From assembly GCA_963793425.1 (NCBI GenBank), contig CAWCAG010000005.1, forward strand, positions 1,056,001-1,120,000: a stretch of 64,000 nucleotides of DNA, in the 5' to 3' direction. The first letter of the stretch is position 1; the number at the start of each line of letters is the position of its first letter. A program made the position numbers and the translations under genes. This document shows positions 31,645-40,412 of this stretch, one piece after another. A model generated the notes under the pieces. The model had not been told where the DNA came from and did not search any database. It saw only the letters and a program-made list of their open reading frames with translations. The DNA is from an uncultured cyanobacterium (lineage in GTDB: Bacteria > Cyanobacteriota > Cyanobacteriia > Cyanobacteriales > CAWCAG01).

Positions 31645-32373
31645 TTAGGATTCAGCCCAATAGTCTTGTTGGTCACCGCTTTCCTCATTTTCGTTGCTAT
31701 AGGTTTTAAGTTTTTCGCGAAGCAAATTTAATTCATATTCAAATAAGCTATCTTCTTCTGGAGTTGTCAAGGAGACAAGCTCATCAACTTCAACTTCTTC
31801 TGGAGTTGAAAAAGAGACAAGCCCATTAACTTCCTCCTCTTCTGGAGTTGAAAAAGAGATAAATGCTTCAAAATCATCCTCCTTTTTAGTGGTAAACTTG
31901 AAAGCTGCTTTACTTGGAAACCTTATAACTATTTCACCCTGAATAACCTTGCCTTCATAAAGCTTTTTACGGCATTCACAGTCTATTGCTTGTCCAAATT
32001 CACTAAAGTTATCAGAAAAGTAATGAGAAGCCGGATCATAGTGGTTTTTATTTGCTATACGTAGAATACAAGTATCGTTGTATGCTCGATATGTAATAAC
32101 AGTGTAACTGCGCGAATAAATAGTATCACAAGGAATGAATAAGGGGCTTATTATGGGGCTTTTAACCTTTTCAATTTCACCGTGATAAGTTTCTCCTATT
32201 TCAAGCGCTACGGGAGAATAAACTAAAATTCTGTCAGAATTAACTTCCAAACCTTCTACAGTTAGCTGTTCTAGTTCTACCCCAACTTTACTAACAATAT
32301 AATCTTTACCAATTTTCTTAATAACTTGAAAGTATCCTACTAAGCCTGTGTGAAGCATCATTTTATAAATCAA
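31645..32373 (-). CDS. Hypothetical protein with acidic 14-aa C-terminal repeats
   Basis: 242-aa ORF; STPEE/TTPEE repeat with 42-bp period. Confidence 0.55.
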   Translation of the reverse strand: MIYKMMLHTGLVGYFQVIKKIGKDYIVSKVGVELEQLTVEGLEVNSDRILVYSPVALEIGETYHGEIEKVKSPIISPLFIPCDTIYSRSYTVITYRAYNDTCILRIANKNHYDPASHYFSDNFSEFGQAIDCECRKKLYEGKVIQGEIVIRFPSKAAFKFTTKKEDDFEAFISFSTPEEEEVNGLVSFSTPEEVEVDELVSLTTPEEDSLFEYELNLLREKLKTYSNENEESGDQQDYWAES

Positions 32374-32452
32374 GTGTTTATACGTTCATTACAGTATAAA
32401 TACTTCTTTCTCCATAGGCAAACTTCTCATATAAAAGTTTATTACAGTAATA

Positions 32453-33253
32453 TCACTTAGTGGCGACTACTGCTAAATTCCAACACATACGACGCAGATA
32501 AGGAAGCTTTTTAAAAACTTGGTCTAGTTTTTCTAATTTTTGATAGACGGGTTTTAATCTTGCTTGTTCAATAATGATCTTCTTCCAATACCTTTCTTGA
32601 TTAGGATTAATCCTTTCAATTAAGTAGAAACGCAAAAAGATCCACAGAGTCGCTAACCAAAAGGTATCGTATTGAAGTTGAGAAAAAAGGGATTCCAAGT
32701 CTTCAACAATACCAATATCCAAAGGATGTTCATTTTCTGTACGCACTTCTGTAGCCAGCCGACGATAGATATTGATGATGGGATTATGCTTCAATGGGTC
32801 CCAAAAACAAGCTTTTCCCCCTGGTTTAAGGACACGGTGCATCTCTCGCAGAGCTAGTTGAGGATCACTGATATGATGTAATAAGTTAGCGGCGTAAACA
32901 ATATCAAAAGTTTCATCAGGAAACTCCAAAGCCATAGCATTAGCAGTACAACCTGCAATTTCTACTCCATTAGTTGCAGCTAATTTAAGGGCAACTTCCA
33001 CCATACCCTCAGACCAATCTGCGGCTAAACATTTAGCCCCTTGACGGGCAAAATAGACGCTATTTTCTCCTGCACCGCAACCTAAATCCAAAAGGTATTT
33101 CCCTTTAACATCCCCTAAATGTTTAAGTATGAAGCGGTTTTCTGGGGCTGTACAAGCTTCAAAATAGTCTCTTACTTGAATACCTTCAACATCAATAGCC
33201 GCAGCCCAAGCATCGTGAAATTGTCGCTCTTTTTTCAGGGATTCGTTGTTCAT
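32453..33253 (-). CDS. Class I SAM-dependent methyltransferase
   Basis: LDLGCGAG, FDIV and RVLKPGG. Confidence 0.92.
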   Translation of the reverse strand: MNNESLKKERQFHDAWAAAIDVEGIQVRDYFEACTAPENRFILKHLGDVKGKYLLDLGCGAGENSVYFARQGAKCLAADWSEGMVEVALKLAATNGVEIAGCTANAMALEFPDETFDIVYAANLLHHISDPQLALREMHRVLKPGGKACFWDPLKHNPIINIYRRLATEVRTENEHPLDIGIVEDLESLFSQLQYDTFWLATLWIFLRFYLIERINPNQERYWKKIIIEQARLKPVYQKLEKLDQVFKKLPYLRRMCWNLAVVATK

Positions 33254-33342
33254 TTAGGTACTAGTTAATGAAGAAACCGGACAGACTTGCATCTTTACAA
33301 TATAAGCCACCGGTTTCTAATCGAGAACTAACAAACCCAAAT

Positions 33343-33678
33343 TTATGATTTGCTGAATCCCAAGTCGTGTTCTTCAGCATAGCGTTCCATAAAGCGCATA
33401 AAACGATCCCATTCCTGTTGAGATTTCATCAAATGAATAGCTTCTAGTCCTTGGGGTTGCCCGTTGACAAATTTACCTTTAACTTCTCTAGTAACAATTT
33501 CTCCTTCTTCATCAATCAAATACATACCAGTAATTTCTTCAGTACTCTCAGCACTAAAAGCTTTAGGGTTAGTAAAATAAAAAGTGGCTGTACCGCTTTC
33601 GCCATCACGGGCGCGGGTGAGGCGTACATCAGGTACAACATCTTCAGCAATTCCTTTAGAAAACTGGATCTCTGCCAT
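33343..33678 (-). CDS. psb28: Photosystem II assembly protein Psb28
   Basis: [34 protein letters not shown]. Confidence 0.96.
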   Translation of the reverse strand: MAEIQFSKGIAEDVVPDVRLTRARDGESGTATFYFTNPKAFSAESTEEITGMYLIDEEGEIVTREVKGKFVNGQPQGLEAIHLMKSQQEWDRFMRFMERYAEEHDLGFSKS

Positions 33679-33784
33679 AATTTAATCTTTGCTTTTTCTT
33701 AAAAATCAACTATTATCCATCTTCCCATAAAGCAAGAATTTGACATAATCCAGCCTCTATTAAAAAACTGCATTTGGTTAACTA

Positions 33785-33955
33785 ATGGCACATCAACATT
33801 CCCAGTCTCATTTACCTCAAAAAATTTGTCCTGTTTGTAATCGCCCTTTCACTTGGCGCAAAAAATGGGAAAAATGTTGGCAAGAAGTTAAATACTGTTC
33901 GGAACGTTGTCGTCGTCGTAAATCTCAAGTGAAGGTTAAAACTAAAATAAAATAG
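33785..33955 (+). CDS. DUF2256 small Cys-rich protein (56 aa; absent from the ORF track)
   Basis: Manual translation [46 protein letters not shown]... Confidence 0.9.
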   Translation: MAHQHSQSHLPQKICPVCNRPFTWRKKWEKCWQEVKYCSERCRRRKSQVKVKTKIK

Positions 33956-33988
33956 CGATGCTGTGAAAACAGTGTCGCTACCGATAAT

Positions 33989-34336
33989 TTATTGTTCTGC
34001 GGAATTACGATTTAATTCCCAACGCTCTTCATCCCGTTGTTCTAACTTAGATTTCATTTGTACAGCTTCTACATCACTCATTTCTACCCCCGCTGAAACT
34101 GCCATTTCATCTATATTATTCTGTGCTGGAGTTGGAGTTGTACCGCCGATAGCTTCTTCCCCAACCACAGAAGCTTGGTATTGATTCGTATCTAAATCCC
34201 CTCCCGTAGTAGATTTACCGATAGTGGGATTTTCTTCTATCTCTTCTAATACTTCCCCTATACCCGTGTTGCGATCGCTTATTCCTGTGGTTTCTCTAAT
34301 TGTTTCTTCTCCAGGCAGATTATCTTCATTATTCAA
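33989..34336 (-). CDS. Acidic conserved cyanobacterial protein (DUF6335-like)
   Basis: TGGDLD..VGEEAIGGTTPTPxQN.IDE..RD..RWEL. Confidence 0.75.
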   Translation of the reverse strand: MNNEDNLPGEETIRETTGISDRNTGIGEVLEEIEENPTIGKSTTGGDLDTNQYQASVVGEEAIGGTTPTPAQNNIDEMAVSAGVEMSDVEAVQMKSKLEQRDEERWELNRNSAEQ

Positions 34337-34382
34337 AGTTGTTTCCCCTTAACTGATTATCAATTTTACAACCTACAAAACA

Positions 34383-34410
34383 AAGTAAGGAGCTTAAAGA
34401 CTCCTTACTT
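34383..34410. terminator. Hairpin downstream of the CsbD gene
   Basis: AAGTAAGGAG-loop-CTCCTTACTT, a perfect 10-bp stem. Confidence 0.7.
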
Positions 34411-34431
34411 GACTTTTCTCTTTAAAAGCAA

Positions 34432-34614
34432 TTAATCAATAGCTTTTTTGAGCTTATCTTTAACATTTTCTACGGAATGCTCAATTTCTGCTTCAGCTTG
34501 TTTGGCTTGCCCTTCTGCTTTATCTTCAGGATCTCCTGTGACTTCTCCTATCGCTTCTTGCACTTTACCTTCAATATTTTTGGCTGTTGCTTTGGCCCTA
34601 TCTTCAATACTCAT
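34432..34614 (-). CDS. CsbD family stress protein
   Basis: EGKVQEAIGEVTGD..AEGQAKQ. Confidence 0.9.
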   Translation of the reverse strand: MSIEDRAKATAKNIEGKVQEAIGEVTGDPEDKAEGQAKQAEAEIEHSVENVKDKLKKAID

Positions 34615-34856
34615 GATATTCGCTCCTTAAATCTGTTAGTTGTTTAAGTTACTACCTTAAATTTTAGTAATTTTCACTCTCATAATTCTTCTATCTGGCG
34701 ATGTATCAAGCCAAATAATTTTAACCTAGTTAGCTTCATCTAAGGTTAGATAAACTCTGGCAATAAGTACTGATTAAGTTATACGGCTAGTAAATTATTT
34801 CTGAGAAAACCTATATCTATAGTCTGATTTAGCTAAGTTGCTCTGAATTTGTCTAC

Positions 34857-36773
34857 TCAAACAACTGGTAAACAAACAGTAAAAGTAGTACATCCTGGTT
34901 GACTCTCAAAAGTAATTTCTCCTTGGTGCTTATCAACAATTTTACTAACAATATCTAACCCTAAACCACTACCTTCTCCGGGAGGTTTGGTAGTGAAAAA
35001 AGGTTTAAATATTCTGCTCTTTATTTCTTCTGATATCCCTTTGCCAGTATCAGTAAAACTAACTTTAGCTTGATTTTCTTCCTTAACAACATCAATGATT
35101 AAGTCTCCCTGATTTTCCATGGCTTGAAGAGCATTATGAATCAAATTAGTCCAGACTTGATTAAGTTCGTCAGGATAACATAAAATTGACGGAATTTCTG
35201 TATAGTTGCGTTGGACTTTGACCCCTTGCTTTAATTGATTATGATAAAGAGTTAAAACTGTTTCAATACCTTGAATCAAATCAGCTTGTATTTTTGTTCC
35301 TGAGTGATCATAACGAGCATAACTCTTTAAAGCGAAAACAACTTTTGCTGCTCTTTCAGTGGCAGTAGTAATGATAGTTGAACTCTTTTTCAAATTAGCT
35401 AAATCATAAGCAGTATCTAAAATCATTTCACCTCTACTATCTTGTAACAAAGGTAAGTAAGCTGATACATTGTCTTCTACACCAATATTAACTAATGTAT
35501 TCGCAACATTAGCATAATTGGCAACTTGATACTCTTCTAACTGATGGGCTATTTGTTTTTTCAATCGACGTTTTTCACGAGAAGAAAGAGGAATTTTATT
35601 TTGCTTCGACTTCTTTAACAAAGAAATAAAGACTTCATAATATTCTGGAGGAATTTGTTGACAAAAACTCGGTATCTTCTCTAAATTTTCAATCAAAAAC
35701 TTTTCAATATACTCTCCTGAAGAACGTATAGCGGCTAAAGGAGTATTAACTTCATGGGCTACCCCAGCTACTAATTGTCCAAGAGCAGCCATTTTTTCAG
35801 TTTGAATTAATTCTTCTTGGGTAGTGCGTAGCTCTTTTAAGGTTGTAGCTAACTGCTCATTTTTTTGTTCTAGCTCTAAAGTCCTTTCTTTAACCTGAGT
35901 TTCTAAAGTTTGATTATATTCTGCTAATACTTTCTCAGCTTTTTTCCTTTGACTAATATCTTGAAAAACAGCCATAGCATAAACAACTTTTCTGCGTTTA
36001 TCATAAATAGGAGTACTACAGGTTTCCAGGGGAATAACTTTACTGCCTTGATGAACTTCTATATCACTATCAACAACACTCTCCCCTCGTAAAGCTCTAA
36101 TAATTGGTAATTCTGTTGGCGAACAAGGAAAATTAGTATTAGCTTTATAAAGTTGATAAACTGCTGGTATTTGTTCAGTTTTAGTGGTGGGTAAAGCTCC
36201 TTTCCCCAGTAACTCCTGCGCTTTTTGGTTAGCATAATAAGGTTGCCCTTTACTATCCAAAATAGCAACTCCCACCGGCATTCCTTCTAAAAATTGATTT
36301 AAACGACTTTCATTTTCCCGCAGTCGAGCAATTAAAGCTTTTTGCTGCCGACTTAACCTTTCTAATTGTTTTTTCTGGAAATAGCTATTAAGTGCCTCGT
36401 TAACCGTCATAGTTAAATCGTCAATTTGCCAAGGCTTAGAAATGTAGCGATATAGCTTAGCATTATTGACAGCATTACCAACCTCATCAGCATTGGCTTG
36501 TCCTGTGAGCATGATTTTCAAAGTTTGAGGATGTTGTTGCTGAATTTCCTGTAAAAGTTCGTCTCCTTTCATTTCTGGCATAATTTGGTCAGAAATAATT
36601 ACCGGGACTTCAATCCCTTCTTCAGTTAATTCTGCGAAAATTTCTAAAGCTTCTTCACCACTTTCGGCTAGTTCTATTTCATAGTTATCCCCTAGATTGT
36701 GAGCTAGTTGATCTCGCAGACTTACTAAGACAACTTTCTCATCATCTACGCAGATAATCACAGGTTTACTCAT
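34857..36773 (-). CDS. Hybrid receiver-PAS-histidine kinase
   Basis: REC (CVDDE, SDQIMP, KPW), PAS, AHEVNTP and HATPase. Confidence 0.93.
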   Translation of the reverse strand: MSKPVIICVDDEKVVLVSLRDQLAHNLGDNYEIELAESGEEALEIFAELTEEGIEVPVIISDQIMPEMKGDELLQEIQQQHPQTLKIMLTGQANADEVGNAVNNAKLYRYISKPWQIDDLTMTVNEALNSYFQKKQLERLSRQQKALIARLRENESRLNQFLEGMPVGVAILDSKGQPYYANQKAQELLGKGALPTTKTEQIPAVYQLYKANTNFPCSPTELPIIRALRGESVVDSDIEVHQGSKVIPLETCSTPIYDKRRKVVYAMAVFQDISQRKKAEKVLAEYNQTLETQVKERTLELEQKNEQLATTLKELRTTQEELIQTEKMAALGQLVAGVAHEVNTPLAAIRSSGEYIEKFLIENLEKIPSFCQQIPPEYYEVFISLLKKSKQNKIPLSSREKRRLKKQIAHQLEEYQVANYANVANTLVNIGVEDNVSAYLPLLQDSRGEMILDTAYDLANLKKSSTIITTATERAAKVVFALKSYARYDHSGTKIQADLIQGIETVLTLYHNQLKQGVKVQRNYTEIPSILCYPDELNQVWTNLIHNALQAMENQGDLIIDVVKEENQAKVSFTDTGKGISEEIKSRIFKPFFTTKPPGEGSGLGLDIVSKIVDKHQGEITFESQPGCTTFTVCLPVV

Positions 36774-36803
36774 GGTTTTATCCCTCTAGAAGTTAAGTTG
36801 TCT

Positions 36804-38282
36804 TTAGCTAATCGGCAACCAAACCTTAAACGTAGTACATCCTGTCTTGCTTTCTACTTCAATTTTACCTTGATGCTTATCAATAATCTTACTAACAATA
36901 TCCAATCCTAAACCACTGCCTTCCCCAGCAGATTTAGTAGTAAAAAAGGGCTTAAAGATATTTTCCTTAATTTGGGGAGGGATGCCACAGCCAGAATCAG
37001 TTATTTGCACAACAATATAACCATTATTTTCTAGAGCCGTAATTCCTAGTCTCCCTTTATTATTCATAGCTTGAATCGCATTATGAATTAAATTAGTCCA
37101 AACCTGATTCAATTCTTCAGGATAACAAAGTATTGGGGGGATATCTTGATAGTTTTCAGTAACATCTATACCCCTTTTGAGTTGATTGTGATAAATTGTC
37201 AGCACTAAATCTATTCCTTCTATCACCTGAGATCTAATTTTTTCTCCAGTTTGTCCTTGGCGAGCATAACTTTTCAAAGCGAAAACAATTTTAGAAGCTC
37301 TATCTACTGCCAACTTAATATTTTCACTATTGCTTTGCTGCATAGACAAATTATAGGCATTGTGCAAAATCTCTGATTGATAAGGAGACTTTAATAAAGA
37401 CAAAAAAGGAGCAAGTTCTTGCCTAAAACCAATTTTCACTAAATTGGCTGCTACGGTATCAGCATCTTGAATATTTTGCTCTTGCAGTTCTTGTCTATAA
37501 GCACGCTTAATCTTACGCTCTGCTCGAAAAGAAAGAGGTTCAATATTATTTTGACTAGCAGCAATTAAAGCAAAAAAATCTTCCTGTTCTTGTTGAGAAA
37601 GCTGAGTTAATAATTGAGGTAGTTGTTGTAATGATTTAGCTAAAGCATTAGCAATATTGCTAATAGAAGCCTTAATCGCTCCCAAAGGAGTATTGATTTC
37701 GTGGGCAACCCCGGCAATAAGTTGACCAAGAGCAGCCATTTTTTCTGATTGAATCAATTCTTGTTGAGTCGCTTGTAGTTCTTGTAAAGTTTGAGCTAAC
37801 TCTTGATTTTTTTGTTGAAGTTCTGTAGTACGTTCTTCTACTTTTTTTTCTAAAGTACGACTATATTCAGCTAACTTTTTCTTTTGTTCATAACTATTCA
37901 GAGCTTCTTTAACCGTTAATTTCAAATCTTCTGCTTGCCAGGGTTTAGTAATATAGCGATAGAGATTAGCCTGATTAACTGCCTTTCCCACAGCTTCAGC
38001 ACTAGCTTGTCCTGTCAGCATAATCTTCAAAGTTTGGGGATGTTGATTCTGAATTACTACCAACAAATCATCTCCTTTCATCCCCGGCATAATTTGGTCA
38101 GAAATAATTAAAGGAACTTCAACTTTCTCTTCAGTTAATTCTGCAAAAACTTCTAAAGCTTCTTCACCACTTTCTGCCAATTCTATATCATATTCATTGC
38201 CTAAATGTTGAGTAAGCTGATCTCGCAAACTGACTAGAACAATTCTTTCATCATCAACACAAATAATAGCTGGTTTACTCAT
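36804..38282 (-). CDS. Hybrid receiver-histidine kinase
   Basis: REC, AHEINTP and HATPase. Confidence 0.93.
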   Translation of the reverse strand: MSKPAIICVDDERIVLVSLRDQLTQHLGNEYDIELAESGEEALEVFAELTEEKVEVPLIISDQIMPGMKGDDLLVVIQNQHPQTLKIMLTGQASAEAVGKAVNQANLYRYITKPWQAEDLKLTVKEALNSYEQKKKLAEYSRTLEKKVEERTTELQQKNQELAQTLQELQATQQELIQSEKMAALGQLIAGVAHEINTPLGAIKASISNIANALAKSLQQLPQLLTQLSQQEQEDFFALIAASQNNIEPLSFRAERKIKRAYRQELQEQNIQDADTVAANLVKIGFRQELAPFLSLLKSPYQSEILHNAYNLSMQQSNSENIKLAVDRASKIVFALKSYARQGQTGEKIRSQVIEGIDLVLTIYHNQLKRGIDVTENYQDIPPILCYPEELNQVWTNLIHNAIQAMNNKGRLGITALENNGYIVVQITDSGCGIPPQIKENIFKPFFTTKSAGEGSGLGLDIVSKIIDKHQGKIEVESKTGCTTFKVWLPIS

Positions 38283-38676
38283 CTTTCTGCCCCAAACCGG
38301 ACTCTAAAACATCTATTAAAGTATTTTCATCCCAAGGTTTGGGTAAATAACGATGAAGGTTAGCTAATTGTTCAGTTCGTTTAATTGCTTCATCATCAGC
38401 TTGCCCCGTAAGCAGCACTTTAACAATTTCAGGAAAGCGTTGATGGACTTTAATCAGAAATTCATCTCCTTTCATTTCCGGCATCAGCCAATCAGAAACA
38501 ATCATCAAAATTTCGCTACCATCTTCATTCAACTCCTCAATTACTTCCAAAGCCTCTTCCACACTTTCAGCAAACTCATATTGATAACGCTTGCCAAAAT
38601 GATTGGTGAGTTGATCACGCAAACTCGTGAGAATAATCCTTTCATCATCAACACAAAGAATGGTTTTCTTGGGCAT
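38275..38676 (-). CDS. Single-domain response regulator
   Basis: CVDDE, SDWLMP, TG and KPW. Confidence 0.93.
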   Translation of the reverse strand: MPKKTILCVDDERIILTSLRDQLTNHFGKRYQYEFAESVEEALEVIEELNEDGSEILMIVSDWLMPEMKGDEFLIKVHQRFPEIVKVLLTGQADDEAIKRTEQLANLHRYLPKPWDENTLIDVLESGLGQKDE

Positions 38677-38771
38677 AATTTTTTAGTTAGGAATAAACAA
38701 TTTTTCTTTTGTCTGGGCTAAAGCTGACGTGGAATTGCACCATAACTTAGCTATTAGCTATTAGCTAAAGC

Positions 38772-39980
38772 TCATTTCTTTCTCACTAGCCAATAGGTCA
38801 TCATATTCCCTTTACCCTTAATAGCAATTTTCCCCCTCGGCTCCAAAAGGTATTTATCTTTCAATTTCTGGTACGTAGATGTAGTTACTTGAATTTTACC
38901 AGGAATTCCTGATGACTCCATGCGAGAAGCAATATTAACCGCATCTCCCCAAAGATCGTAGCTAAATCTTCTTAATCCAATTACTCCTGCCACAACCTTA
39001 CCTGTATTTATGCCTATGCGAATTTGTAAAGGTGAATTGTCTAAGCCCGGATAGTTACTAACCACCTTACCCATAGCTAAGGCCATTTCTGCGATCGCTT
39101 CTACAGCATTTTCTTGAGGGACTGGTACTCCTCCCACTACCATATATTCATCGCCGATAGTTTTGATTTTTTCCAAACCATGCTTATCTGCTAATTCGTC
39201 AAACTCAGAGAAAATGTTATTGAGTAAATCAACCAATTCAATGGGTTTAACAAAAGCTGCCATGCGAGTAAAATCCACCAAATCGGCAAAAAGGATCGTT
39301 GCTTCATCAAATTGTTCAGCAACAATACTCTGACCCTGCTTTAATTTCTCCGCTATCTTAGCAGGTAAGATATTAAGAATTAAATTATCAGACCTTTGCC
39401 GTGCCAAACGTAAGGCGGTTTCTGCCATTTGTCGTTCAGCAATTCTTTGTTCTAACTTAACGTTAGCTCTTCTTAATTCTTGGGTACGCTCAGCAATTTT
39501 TTCTTCTAAGGAACTATTAAGCTGTTGAAGCTGACTATTAAGCCTTTGTAATTCTGCATTTTGTTCTAGTAACTGTTGATTTTGGCGATAACTGCGTAGG
39601 GCTTCTTTAACTGTTAAAATCAGATCAGTTTCTTCCCAAGGCTTATCTAAATAACGATATAAATTCGCTTTATTAACTACATTACCCACTGCTTTAGCAT
39701 CAGCCTGCCCCGTCAACATAATTTTGATAATTTGCGGATAGAGTTGCTCTGCCTTAATCAAAAATTCATCCCCTTTCATTCCTGGCATAATTTGGTCAGA
39801 AATAATCAGAGCAACTTCAATACCCTCTTCCTTTAATTCCTCAAGAATTTCTAAAGCTTCTTCTGCACTTTCTGCGGTTTCCAATTCATCAACTTCTCTC
39901 AAATTACGCTTTAGCTGTTCTTTGAGACTATCTAAAATGACTTTTTGGTCATCAACGCAGAGGATCGCTAGGTGGCTCAT
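38772..39980 (-). CDS. Receiver-adenylate cyclase (class III)
   Basis: REC plus FADLVDFT, KIKTIGD and YDLWGDAVNIASRMES (K/D ATP-specificity pair). Confidence 0.92.
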   Translation of the reverse strand: MSHLAILCVDDQKVILDSLKEQLKRNLREVDELETAESAEEALEILEELKEEGIEVALIISDQIMPGMKGDEFLIKAEQLYPQIIKIMLTGQADAKAVGNVVNKANLYRYLDKPWEETDLILTVKEALRSYRQNQQLLEQNAELQRLNSQLQQLNSSLEEKIAERTQELRRANVKLEQRIAERQMAETALRLARQRSDNLILNILPAKIAEKLKQGQSIVAEQFDEATILFADLVDFTRMAAFVKPIELVDLLNNIFSEFDELADKHGLEKIKTIGDEYMVVGGVPVPQENAVEAIAEMALAMGKVVSNYPGLDNSPLQIRIGINTGKVVAGVIGLRRFSYDLWGDAVNIASRMESSGIPGKIQVTTSTYQKLKDKYLLEPRGKIAIKGKGNMMTYWLVRKK

Positions 39981-40371
39981 ACATCTCCAATGCTGAGGTC
40001 AGTACGTCAGTTAATTCTGCTTCACTCCAAGGTTTTTGCAAACAATAAAACAGATTAGCATCTTTTTTAGCTCTCTCAACAGCCGACTCATCAGCTTGAC
40101 CCGTCAACATTATATTAGTAACACCAGGAAACTTCTGATGTACTTTAATCAGAAATTCATCACCTTTCATTTCTGGCATTAACCAGTCCGAAACCACAAT
40201 CACAATCTGTAAATTTTCTAAGCTTAATTCTTCAATAATTTCCCATCCTTCCTCTGCACTATCAGCAACCTCGTAGAGATATTTGTTGCCAAATTTCCTT
40301 TTCAGTTGCTCTTTGATGCTTTCAAGAACAACCTCATCATCATCAACACATAGGATTACGGTGTCAGTCAT
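39952..40371 (-). CDS. Single-domain response regulator
   Basis: CVDDD, SDWLMP and KPW. Confidence 0.92.
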   Translation of the reverse strand: MTDTVILCVDDDEVVLESIKEQLKRKFGNKYLYEVADSAEEGWEIIEELSLENLQIVIVVSDWLMPEMKGDEFLIKVHQKFPGVTNIMLTGQADESAVERAKKDANLFYCLQKPWSEAELTDVLTSALEMYEPPSDPLR

Positions 40372-40379
40372 ATTAAGCA

Positions 40380-40407
40380 GGGAGTAGGGAGTAGGGAGTA
40401 GGGAGTA
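40380..40407. repeat. Heptamer tandem repeat (GGGAGTA)4
   Basis: Direct inspection. Confidence 0.9.
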
Positions 40408-40412
40408 GTTGT

